Assembly (NCBI GenBank): GCA_038248575.1
Contig: JBBRXI010000001.1
Span: 1-40,510, forward strand
Length of the DNA stretch: 40,510 bases
Source: Burkholderiales bacterium
Lineage (GTDB): Bacteria; Pseudomonadota; Gammaproteobacteria; Burkholderiales; Rhodocyclaceae
Direction of reading: 5' to 3'
Shown here: piece by piece, positions 1 through 8,321 of the stretch
Numbering within the stretch: the first letter of the stretch is position 1
Layout of the letters: each line of letters starts with the position of its first letter
Notes under the pieces: model-generated
What the model saw: only the letters and a program-made list of their open reading frames with translations
Databases searched by the model: none
What the model was told of the DNA's origin: nothing
Translations under genes and position numbers: made by a program

Positions 1-1
1 C

Positions 2-361
2 GGCTTGGGCGTACGAATCCTCGGCGAAGTAAAGCCCGAATTCGCCGACCTGCTACGCCGCGCCGACGCCATTTTCATCGACGAATTGCGCGCCGCCGAC
101 TGGTACGAGAAGACGAGCCAGGCGTTTGCCGTTTTTTTGCCGGTGAAAGCAGTCGGCGTCATGGGCGACGGCCGCACCTACGAATACGTCGTCGCCCTGC
201 GCGCCGTGCAGACCCAGGATTTCATGACCGCGCATTGGGCCGAGTTGCCGCACAGCCTTCTCGCCAAAGTATCGAATCGGATCATCAACGAGGTGCGTGG
301 AATCAACCGTGTCGTCTACGATATCTCGGGCAAGCCGCCGGCGACCATCGAGTGGGAATGA
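2..361 (+). CDS. guaA: GMP synthase (glutamine-hydrolysing), C-terminal part; truncated by the window edge
   Basis: Translation ends in the GuaA signature ...[30 protein letters not shown]; also [10 protein letters not shown] and [11 protein letters not shown] at 359-361. Confidence 0.98.
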   Translation, partial: GLGVRILGEVKPEFADLLRRADAIFIDELRAADWYEKTSQAFAVFLPVKAVGVMGDGRTYEYVVALRAVQTQDFMTAHWAELPHSLLAKVSNRIINEVRGINRVVYDISGKPPATIEWE

Positions 362-478
362 CTGGATGGCTTCGGAAAAAGCAAGGCCCGTTGAATTGGC
401 CTGTAAACCTATCCTCCTTTTGCGAGAAACTACGACCCATTACCGGCAGCCGAAAGTTTGTGTTCATGTGTGCAAGCC

Positions 479-1330
479 TCAGCTTTCGAGCGCCTGGATG
501 ACGAACTCGGCCGTACGACCGCCCGAAGAGCCTTGTTGGCCGGAAATCAGCAAACCATCGCGTACGGCGAACGGCTTGAACGCTGGACCTTGAACAAACG
601 TCGTGTTCGCTATTTTTTTGGCTTCCGTTTCAATGCGGAACGGCTGCACCTGCTTGCGGTAAGCCTTGTCAACGATTTCCTCTTCGGCGTCACAAAAGCC
701 AGTCCATTGCTTGCCCTCGGCCAGCAATCTGCCATTGGACAGGCGAGTTTTCAGCAGAATCACCGAGCCATGGCAGATGGTGGCAGACACTTTGCCTGCC
801 TCATAGAAGCTGGCGAAGAGCGTGTGCAGTTCAGCGTTGTCGGTGAAGGTCACCATAGGGCCAAGCCCGCCAATCACGAATATTGCGTCGTAGTCGGCTA
901 CTTTCACCTCCGATAGCTTCCTGGTTTTCTCGAGCAGAGGCTTGACCTTAGGCGAATGCTTGAAGCCGATGGACAAAAAGTCTTGTGGTGGACCAAAGCG
1001 GCCACCTTCTGGGTCGCTCATGGCGTCGTGTACAACGCGGCCGCCGTTGGGCGAGGCGATGTCCATCACGTAGCCACGCTGCTGAAATGCCCAGTACGGG
1101 TGGGCGAGCTCCGTCAGGTAGTACCCGATGGGAAACCCGGCATGGCCGGGGTCGACTTCGTTGGAGACGACAAAAACGACGCGCTTAGGCGTGAGTGCGG
1201 CTGCGGTTGAGGTTGAAGTGGCGGACATCGGTTTTTCCTGGGATCGAGACGTCAAAGCCAGGGCGGACAAAGCGAGCGCGGCGGCACCCTGCAAAAGTTG
1301 GCGACGCGGCAACGGAGGACTTGTAATCAT
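479..1330 (-). CDS. DJ-1/PfpI family (type 1 glutamine amidotransferase-like, Hsp31/glyoxalase III-like) protein with a predicted Tat signal peptide
   Basis: Motifs GYYLTELAHPY, DIASPNGG, DYDAIFVIGGLGPM, nucleophile elbow TICHG, and LISGQQ. N-terminus PLPRRQLLQGAAALALSALAL. ATG 1330 is preceded by AGGAG; alternative in-frame ATGs at 1360 and 1228. Confidence 0.88.
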   Translation of the reverse strand: MITSPPLPRRQLLQGAAALALSALALTSRSQEKPMSATSTSTAAALTPKRVVFVVSNEVDPGHAGFPIGYYLTELAHPYWAFQQRGYVMDIASPNGGRVVHDAMSDPEGGRFGPPQDFLSIGFKHSPKVKPLLEKTRKLSEVKVADYDAIFVIGGLGPMVTFTDNAELHTLFASFYEAGKVSATICHGSVILLKTRLSNGRLLAEGKQWTGFCDAEEEIVDKAYRKQVQPFRIETEAKKIANTTFVQGPAFKPFAVRDGLLISGQQGSSGGRTAEFVIQALES

Positions 1331-1410
1331 GGCAGGCTCCTGATATGTACCGATGTTCATTCCTTGACTCTACTTTTTTGCTGCAGGTTGGATTCTCAAT
1401 TGACTTATAA

Positions 1411-1457
1411 ATGATTACAATGCATTCATGTGCATAGTCGAAATGCAATTTAATCAT
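1411..1457. promoter_or_regulatory. Paired LysR-type operator boxes (ATG-N9-CAT, i.e. T-N11-A) in the divergent promoter region
   Basis: ATG-ATTACAATG-CAT at 1411-1425 and ATG-CAATTTAAT-CAT at 1443-1457. 1411-1426 and 1442-1457 form a 14/16 inverted repeat in an AT-rich spacer. Confidence 0.65.
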
Positions 1458-1474
1458 GTAAAACGTTAAGCTAC

Positions 1475-2389
1475 ATGAAAGACCAAGATCTCAATTTGCT
1501 CAAGGCATTGAACGCCCTCATTGCGACGGAAAGCATCACGCAGATGGGCGAGTCCTTGGGCATCACGCAACCTGCTGCAAGTCGCGTCATGACCAGGCTG
1601 CGACGAGCATTTGCCGATCCGCTACTCGTGCGGACCAGTAAAGGCTATGTGCTGACCCCCCGCGCGCAGGCATTGCGGCAGCAGACCCGCGACGCGCTTG
1701 CGACGGCGATTCAAGTTTTTTCCGCCATTGATTTCGATCCACAGAGCAGTCGTCGCCAATTTCGGGTAGCTTCTACCGACTACGGGGCTATGGTGGTACT
1801 GAACGGCGTGGTGCGCGAAGTCGCAAAGCACGGAAAGACTCTTGGCATCCGCATCGAGCCTTGGAAGGAGCAGACGCTTCAGGACTTAGCGTCGGGGGAA
1901 CTGGACTTGGCGCTATACGCCGACGATCCGGTGCCGGGTGATTTTCATACCCGTGACTTATTCAAAGAGAGCTACGCGGCTCTTATGTCAAAGATTCACC
2001 CCCTAGCCCAACAACACCCTGACTCCTACCCGCTGCGCCCTTCCGCTGTCAACGACTACCCACAGTTGGTCGCAACCTATCCGGCGGGGAGGCAAACGGG
2101 AGTGGATGACGTGTTGTGCAGACTGGGGCAGAAAAGTAATGCTATGCAGGTGGCCATTCCATACTTTCTTGCCGCACCTTGGTTTTTGCAAGGCACAGAT
2201 TTCGTCATGCTTTGCCCGCAGCGTGCCGCACAAGCACTTGCGGAACATCCAGCCCTAGTTTGGCGTGGCCTAGCAAGTAAAGCATGTGACTTTACGTACC
2301 GAATGGTTTGGCACGAAAGAGCCAACAAGGATGTCGGGTTGACGTGGTTGCGGCAGTTAATTGTGCAGACGCAGCGATCGGCCGGTTAA
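1475..2389 (+). CDS. LysR-family transcriptional regulator (NodD/LeuO-like subfamily)
   Basis: N-terminal HTH DLNLLKALNAL...LGITQPAASRVMTRLRRAFADPLLVRT...LTPRA; FDPQSSRRQFRVASTDY; C-terminal MVWHER..D...WLRQ; 304 aa; divergent from the DJ-1 gene. Confidence 0.95.
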   Translation: MKDQDLNLLKALNALIATESITQMGESLGITQPAASRVMTRLRRAFADPLLVRTSKGYVLTPRAQALRQQTRDALATAIQVFSAIDFDPQSSRRQFRVASTDYGAMVVLNGVVREVAKHGKTLGIRIEPWKEQTLQDLASGELDLALYADDPVPGDFHTRDLFKESYAALMSKIHPLAQQHPDSYPLRPSAVNDYPQLVATYPAGRQTGVDDVLCRLGQKSNAMQVAIPYFLAAPWFLQGTDFVMLCPQRAAQALAEHPALVWRGLASKACDFTYRMVWHERANKDVGLTWLRQLIVQTQRSAG

Positions 2390-2621
2390 AGCGATGGGCT
2401 AAAGTGCGCCTTTGAGCAGTCGGTATCACGTTGTTGCCAGATCGGCTCAATCGGAGTCGTTTGGCACGACGGTAGCCATAAGTACCATTTTGCTATCCGA
2501 AAGACTTACTTTTGGCATAAAATGATATGCCGAAGGCAAAGCGTAGCAAGGGTTTGGAACGCCGTATAAGCGCGTTGTGCTTGGCGTACAGACGATATCG
2601 AAGGATAATCTAATCGCGCTC

Positions 2622-2663
2622 ACGTTTTACTAGACACCGTCTGTTAAAACGTATAAAAAGACG
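2622..2663. repeat. Overlapping inverted repeats resembling serine-recombinase binding subsites
   Basis: ACGTTTTA-CT-AGAC-ACC-GTCT-GT-TAAAACGT (2622-2652, 12 of 14 positions pair), overlapped by CGTCT...AGACG (2638-2663). Confidence 0.55.
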
Positions 2664-2716
2664 ACGGGAGCGGTAAGACTGAAGCGGCGCGAGAATTCGC
2701 AAACCGACAAATTCTT

Positions 2717-2792
2717 TGGCTCCCCGACCTGGGCTCGAACCAGGGACCTACGGATTAACAGTCCGGCGCTCTACCAACTGAGCTATCGAGGA
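2717..2792 (-). tRNA. tRNA-Asn (GTT)
   Basis: Reverse complement TCCTCGATAGCTCAGTTGGTAGAGCGCCGGACTGTTAATCCGTAGGTCCCTGGTTCGAGCCCAGGTCGGGGAGCCA: 76 nt, anticodon GTT, GTTCGA T-loop, encoded CCA. Confidence 0.98.
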
Positions 2793-2806
2793 ACAACGAA
2801 GCGCGC

Positions 2807-2835
2807 ATTCTAGACACTCACTGATATTTCGTCAA
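2807..2835 (-). promoter_or_regulatory. Sigma70 promoter for tRNA-Asn
   Basis: Minus strand TTGACG-17 nt-TAGAAT followed by a GC-rich discriminator GCGCGC. Confidence 0.8.
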
Positions 2836-2850
2836 CAAATTTGGCAGTTA

Positions 2851-4692
2851 ATGGATTCCGACCTCGTCTATATCAAAACAGCCTCCGGTGAGGGGGCGAT
2901 ACTCCAACGAACAAAAGTCATGCAGCGAAATGTGCGCATGATCTTGATTCTGGTCGACGGACAATCCACCGTCGGCGATCTTTGCGGCAAGACGGGCAAT
3001 GTGCAGCTCACCGAAAACGCTCTGCGCGAACTGGAGAATGGCGGATTTGTCGAGCCACGGAGGGGCCACGAGACGCTGTGGGCTGAACGCAAAAAATCTC
3101 CGCGCACGGTTACGAACGAGGCGGCAACCGATCAAGGTGGGGAACTCGCGCTGGCCGCCAGCACCAAGCCGCCGGTTACCGAACCGACAGCCCCGGACAG
3201 CCGAGTATTCGTTCAATCCGTATTGCCCCTCAATCCTCGCAGCGGCACCTCGATAGCGCCATTCGTCTTTACGCCGGTGCCGTCGCTAGACGGGCCTGTC
3301 GTCGATTTGGCTCCAGCGTCAATTGGCGACGTACAGAAGCCACCGATGGAGCGGAAACGGGCAGCCAACGTTTTTTTCGCACGCTGGCGCAAAGCTTGGT
3401 CCGATCGTGCCGAACGGGCCACCGACATCAAGGTATCGATCCGGCCAATTCGTCTTGCGCCGCGGTCATCGCTCGGTTGGCCGGGAATCGTGAGCTTATC
3501 GTTGCTCATCCTGGCGGTAATACTGTCCGTGGCGGTCGTTTTCTTCCCTTACGACCTTTATCTGCCGCAAGTTGAAGCGGCACTGACCCAGGCGACCGGG
3601 CGGTCGGTCAAAGTCTCAACCATGCGCATCGTGGTTTACCCGAAACCAGGCCTGGTCCTCGGTGGCGTCATAATTTCTGCAGGAGGGGGCGAAATTAACA
3701 TTAACGAAATGCACCTGCAGCCCGCCCTAGAGACACTTACGGCAGCCAAACCGATGTTTCGCGAAGTCGTGATGAGTGGTGTTGTCGTGCCTGTAGAACT
3801 CGTTTCCGGCCTGTCTACGGTTTTCGCGTCGATTGCTCGCCCGGAGGCTGGTTTTGGCGTCGAGCGGGTACGTTTTGAAAAAACCAATGTTTCATTCAGG
3901 GGACTTGGCTTATCCGACCTTGAAGGTGAAGCACGGTTGTCTGCAGACGGTTTGTTCCAATCGCTGTTGTTGCACTCGCCGGATCGCAACTTGAGTCTTG
4001 AAGCCAAACCCGAAGACGAGCGGCTCGATGTCGTGCTCGAGGGCTTCGGCTGGCGTCCATCGGCAAAGTCGGGCTTCCTTTTCGATTCACTCAATTTGCA
4101 CGGGACGCTCGACGAAGGCGTGTTGACGATCAGTAACATGAACCTGCGTATTTTCGATGGATTGATACAGGGCGTTGCGGTTCTTCAGGCCAACAAGAAG
4201 CCCTCGATGCACGGTTCGGTATCTTTCGAGCGGATAAACGCCAATCGATTCGGCGATGTGCTGGGCTTGGGGAAGCAATTTTCCGGGGAAACGACGGGAA
4301 AAATGCGCTTCTCGACGACGGCCGACTCTTGGGAAACGATATTTTCGGCGATGGAAGCCGACGGAGACTTCACAATTCGGCGAGGAAACGTCCGCGGTAT
4401 CGACCTTGCCGAGGCTCTCCGTCGCGCTTCGCGAACGCCGGTCCAGGGCGGCATAACGCTCTTCGAAAGGCTGTCCGGAAGAATCCGTCTGACGCCTACG
4501 GGTTATCAGTTTCCCGGCCTCTTCATGAGCTCCGGGCTGATGGAATCAACGGGTCAGATTGACGTCAGCCGGGATTTGATTGTCAGCGGCAAGATGGAAT
4601 TGCAGATGAAGGGAAGCGCGAACCACAGACGCGTCCCCATTTCGATCAGCGGACCACTCAAAACGCCTTCCGTACTGGCCGGCGCGGGGTAA
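2851..4692 (+). CDS. AsmA-like membrane-anchored protein with an N-terminal cytoplasmic winged-helix-like domain
   Basis: TM segment GIVSLSLLILAVILSVAVVFFP followed by the AsmA-type start PQVEAALTQATGRSVKV...VYPKPGLVLGGV; AsmA-type C-terminal GDFTIRRGNVRGIDL...TLFERLSG...VPISISGPLKTP. Confidence 0.75.
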   Translation: MDSDLVYIKTASGEGAILQRTKVMQRNVRMILILVDGQSTVGDLCGKTGNVQLTENALRELENGGFVEPRRGHETLWAERKKSPRTVTNEAATDQGGELALAASTKPPVTEPTAPDSRVFVQSVLPLNPRSGTSIAPFVFTPVPSLDGPVVDLAPASIGDVQKPPMERKRAANVFFARWRKAWSDRAERATDIKVSIRPIRLAPRSSLGWPGIVSLSLLILAVILSVAVVFFPYDLYLPQVEAALTQATGRSVKVSTMRIVVYPKPGLVLGGVIISAGGGEININEMHLQPALETLTAAKPMFREVVMSGVVVPVELVSGLSTVFASIARPEAGFGVERVRFEKTNVSFRGLGLSDLEGEARLSADGLFQSLLLHSPDRNLSLEAKPEDERLDVVLEGFGWRPSAKSGFLFDSLNLHGTLDEGVLTISNMNLRIFDGLIQGVAVLQANKKPSMHGSVSFERINANRFGDVLGLGKQFSGETTGKMRFSTTADSWETIFSAMEADGDFTIRRGNVRGIDLAEALRRASRTPVQGGITLFERLSGRIRLTPTGYQFPGLFMSSGLMESTGQIDVSRDLIVSGKMELQMKGSANHRRVPISISGPLKTPSVLAGAG

Positions 4693-4702
4693 GACCAGCA
4701 CC

Positions 4703-4733
4703 AAAAGAAAAGCCGGCTTTCGCCGGCGTTTCT
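4703..4733. terminator. Bidirectional intrinsic terminator between the AsmA-like gene and tyrB
   Basis: AAAAGAAAA-GCCGGC-TTTC-GCCGGC-GTTTCT between convergent genes. Confidence 0.7.
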
Positions 4734-4750
4734 ATTGGACGCTCGCGTTA

Positions 4751-5953
4751 TCAAAGCACCGCAGCGATCGCGTCGACGACGTAGTCGATGTTCTGATTGT
4801 TGAGTGCGGCGAGGCAGATGCGACCGGTGCTGACTGCGTAGATGCCAAACTCGCTTTGCAAGCGTTCGACCTGTTGTGCCGACAGACCGGTGTAAGAAAA
4901 CATCCCGCGTTGTTTGACGATGAAGGAAAAATCCTGGGCAACGCCCTTGGCCTGCAGCTTTTCGACGAGGCTGAGACGCATTTCGCGAATACGGTCACGC
5001 ATGCCGGCCAGATCCTCTTCCCACATCTGGCGCAGTTCCGGACTGTCAAGCACCGCTGCGACAATCGCTCCGCCGTGCGTCGGCGGGTTCGAATAGTTGG
5101 TCCTGATGACACGCTTAAGCTGCGACAGGACGCGAGCCGACTCGTCCTTCGACCCGGTAACGATCGATAGTGCGCCGACGCGCTCACCGTAGAGCGAGAA
5201 CGATTTGGAGAACGAACTGGCGACAAAGAACTGCAGGCCCGAGGCGACAAAAAGATTGAGCGCCAGCGCGTCCTCAGCAATGCCGTCAGCAAAGCCCTGA
5301 TAAGCCATATCAATGAAAGGGACCAATCCGCGCGCTCGGATCGCTTCGATCGTTTCGCGCCACTGTGCTTCGGAAAGATCGGCACCGGTCGGATTATGGC
5401 AGCAGGCATGCAGAACGACGATCGAGCCTGCCGGCAAGGCATTGAGCTTCGCCTTCATCCCGGCAAAATTCACCCCCCGGGTGCGCGCGTCGTAATAGGG
5501 GTAGCTGTCGACCGCGAAGCCCGCGTATTCGAACAGCGCGCGGTGGTTTTCCCAACTTGGATCGCTGATGTAGACGGTGGCATCAGGAAGCAGGCGCTTA
5601 AGGTAATCGGCACCGATCTTGAGCGCTCCCGTGCCCCCGAGCGTTTCGGCAGTGATCAGCCGGCCTTCGCCGGCTAACGCCGAGTTTTCTCCAAAGAGTA
5701 ACGTTTGCACGGCCTTGTTGTAGGTGCCAAGGCCTTCGATCGGTTGGTAACTGCGCGGCGGCATGGCTTCTACACGCGCTTTCTCCGCCACTTTGACCGC
5801 TTTGAGAAGCGGAACCTTACCGTTATTGTCAAAATAGACGCCGACGCCGAGATTGACTTTGACTGGCCGGGCGTCGGCGTTGAATGATTCGTTAAGACCG
5901 AGGATGGGATCGCGCGGGGCCATCTCGACGGCAGAGAATATCGAAGAAGTCAT
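4751..5953 (-). CDS. tyrB: Aromatic amino acid / aspartate aminotransferase (class I, PLP-dependent)
   Basis: APRDPILGL, KVNLGVGVY, HACCHNPTG, DMAYQGF, PLP-lysine motif SSFSKSFSLYGERVG, QRGMFSY. Confidence 0.93.
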   Translation of the reverse strand: MTSSIFSAVEMAPRDPILGLNESFNADARPVKVNLGVGVYFDNNGKVPLLKAVKVAEKARVEAMPPRSYQPIEGLGTYNKAVQTLLFGENSALAGEGRLITAETLGGTGALKIGADYLKRLLPDATVYISDPSWENHRALFEYAGFAVDSYPYYDARTRGVNFAGMKAKLNALPAGSIVVLHACCHNPTGADLSEAQWRETIEAIRARGLVPFIDMAYQGFADGIAEDALALNLFVASGLQFFVASSFSKSFSLYGERVGALSIVTGSKDESARVLSQLKRVIRTNYSNPPTHGGAIVAAVLDSPELRQMWEEDLAGMRDRIREMRLSLVEKLQAKGVAQDFSFIVKQRGMFSYTGLSAQQVERLQSEFGIYAVSTGRICLAALNNQNIDYVVDAIAAVL

Positions 5954-6100
5954 GGGCAGCTTATTCCGGTCAGCGTGGCGCGATGGGCAGGCAAGCAGGT
6001 GTGCTTCGCGCTACATGTTTGTTAATTGGCACGGGCTTCACATCTGCTGGCTATTCGCTGTCCGAACGGCAAGCAGGACGGAATCCAGTAGAATTCTAGC

Positions 6101-8182
6101 ATGCACACGCCGATTCCGTCGTCACCCCTGCCGGCTTTCATTACCTTTGCCGGGAGTCCGTTTCGCCTTCACCAGCCGTTCTTGCCAGCCGGCGATCAGC
6201 CCGAGGCGATCACCCAGCTGGTCGAAGGGCTAGACGACGGACTGGCCTTCCAGACGCTGCTCGGTGTCACGGGTTCGGGTAAGACCTACACGATGGCCAA
6301 TGTCATCGCGCGCACCGGACGTCCGGCGCTCGTCCTCGCACCCAACAAAACGCTGGCGGCGCAACTTTATTCCGAGTTCCGCGAGTTCTTTCCGGAAAAT
6401 GCCGTTGAGTACTTCGTTTCGTACTACGATTACTATCAGCCGGAAGCCTATGTGCCGGCCCGCGACCTGTTCATCGAGAAGGATTCCGCGGTCAACGAGC
6501 ACATCGAACAGATGCGGCTTTCGGCGACAAAAAGCCTTCTCGAGCGACGCGACTGCGTCATTGTGGCGACCGTCTCCTGCATCTACGGTATCGGCGACCG
6601 TGACGAATACCACAAGATGATTCTCACCATGCGGGTCGGCGACCACATGGGCCAACGCGACGTCATCCGGCGCCTCATCGAAATGCAATATGAGCGCAAC
6701 GAAATCGACTTTCATCGCGGTACCTTCCGCGTGCGCGGCGACGTCATCGACGTATTTCCGGCCGAGCACGCCGAGCACGCGATTCGTATTTCGCTCTTTG
6801 ACGACGAGATTGACGGCTTGCAGTTGTTCGATCCGCTGACCGGCCAGTTGCAGGCCAAGCTCGTGCGTTTCACCGTGTTTCCATCGTCACATTACGTCAC
6901 GCCGCGCGCCACCGTGCTGCGCGCCATCGAAGGGATCAAGAACGAACTGCGCGAACGGATCGAGTTCTTTCACCAGGAGAACCGTCTGGTAGAAGCGCAG
7001 CGCATAGAACAGCGCACGCGCTTTGACTTGGAAATGCTCGATCAGCTTGGCTTCTGCAAAGGCATCGAAAATTATTCGCGGTTTCTCTCGGGGCGCAAGC
7101 CAGGCCAGCCGCCGCCGACGCTGATCGATTACCTGCCGGCCGATACACTGATGTTCATCGACGAATCGCACGTCTCGATTCCGCAAGTCGGCGCGATGTA
7201 TAAAGGGGACCGATCGCGCAAGGAGAATCTCGTTAACTACGGCTTCCGCCTGCCGTCGGCGCTCGATAACCGACCACTCAAATTCGAGGAATACGAGGCC
7301 TTGCTGCGCCAAGCCATCTTCGTTTCGGCAACGCCTGCCGACTACGAGGCGACGCACCAGGGGCAAGTTGTCGAGCAGGTCGTCCGCCCGACCGGGCTGA
7401 TTGACCCGGTCATCATCGTTCGCCCCGCCGCGACACAGATCGACGATCTGCTTTCGGAAATTCGCTTGCGCGTCGCCAACGACGAGCGAATCCTCGTCAC
7501 CACGCTGACCAAACGCATGTCCGAGGAACTGACCGACTATCTTGGAGAAAACGGTGTTCGGGTACGTTATCTGCACTCGGACATCGACACTGTCGAACGC
7601 GTCGAAATAATCCGCGATCTGCGCCTCGCGAAGTTTGACGTGCTCGTCGGCATCAACCTGCTGCGTGAGGGGCTCGACATCCCTGAGGTGTCGCTGGTCG
7701 CCATCCTGGACGCCGACAAGGAAGGTTTCCTGCGTTCCGAGCGCTCGCTGATCCAGACCGTTGGCCGTGCGGCTCGCCACATCAACGGTACGGCGATTCT
7801 GTATGCCGATCGGGTCACCGGCTCCATGCAACGGGCAATAGGTGAAACCGAACGGCGACGCGCGAAACAGATCCGTTACAACGAAGCGCATGGCATAACG
7901 CCGATCGGCGTAACGAAGCGCATCAAGGACATCATCGACGGCGTCTACGATGCCGATGTGGCGCGGCGTGAACTCAAGGTAGCCCAGCAGCAGGCGGGCT
8001 ACGCGGCGATGAGCGAAAAGCAGCTTACGCGCGAACTCAAGCGGCTCGAGAAGACCATGAGCGACTTTGCCCGCAATCTCGAGTTCGAAAAGGCCGCCGC
8101 GGCGCGCGATGAATTATTCCGCATCAAAGAGCAGCTTTTCGGCGCAGCGAAACACGACGAAAAGCCCGTGGGAGAAGCTTGA
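6101..8182 (+). CDS. uvrB: Excinuclease ABC subunit B
   Basis: PAGDQPEAI, Walker [22 protein letters not shown] beta-hairpin, DESH, GRAAR, C-terminal UVR motif [11 protein letters not shown]. Confidence 0.99.
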   Translation: MHTPIPSSPLPAFITFAGSPFRLHQPFLPAGDQPEAITQLVEGLDDGLAFQTLLGVTGSGKTYTMANVIARTGRPALVLAPNKTLAAQLYSEFREFFPENAVEYFVSYYDYYQPEAYVPARDLFIEKDSAVNEHIEQMRLSATKSLLERRDCVIVATVSCIYGIGDRDEYHKMILTMRVGDHMGQRDVIRRLIEMQYERNEIDFHRGTFRVRGDVIDVFPAEHAEHAIRISLFDDEIDGLQLFDPLTGQLQAKLVRFTVFPSSHYVTPRATVLRAIEGIKNELRERIEFFHQENRLVEAQRIEQRTRFDLEMLDQLGFCKGIENYSRFLSGRKPGQPPPTLIDYLPADTLMFIDESHVSIPQVGAMYKGDRSRKENLVNYGFRLPSALDNRPLKFEEYEALLRQAIFVSATPADYEATHQGQVVEQVVRPTGLIDPVIIVRPAATQIDDLLSEIRLRVANDERILVTTLTKRMSEELTDYLGENGVRVRYLHSDIDTVERVEIIRDLRLAKFDVLVGINLLREGLDIPEVSLVAILDADKEGFLRSERSLIQTVGRAARHINGTAILYADRVTGSMQRAIGETERRRAKQIRYNEAHGITPIGVTKRIKDIIDGVYDADVARRELKVAQQQAGYAAMSEKQLTRELKRLEKTMSDFARNLEFEKAAAARDELFRIKEQLFGAAKHDEKPVGEA

Positions 8183-8292
8183 ATGCGCCGGACGCCGGCG
8201 CTCATCGCGCGCGTGCTTGACATGGTCGAAACGCGAGCTGCCGCCTCGTCGAACGACTCAAGCAGGAAGCGGTGTGCAAGCGGCGCGGCTGA
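8183..8292 (+). pseudogene. Probable frameshifted 3' remnant of a low-molecular-weight protein-tyrosine phosphatase
   Basis: MRRTPALIARVLDMVE, then after a 1-nt slip ASCRLVERLKQEAVCKRRG*. Resembles the LMW-PTP C-terminal helix (F-x-x-VLD-x-x-E-x-A...L) at a position where I recall this gene in related genomes. Confidence 0.45.
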
Positions 8293-8321
8293 GCACCGGC
8301 CATAGCGCGTCGTGGAATCAG

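Noticed and set aside
2100-2110. GAGTGGATGAC resembling the guaA 3' end (GAGTGGGAATGAC) as a possible att duplication
   Set aside because: It lies inside the intact LysR coding sequence, needs gaps to align, and is short enough to be chance.
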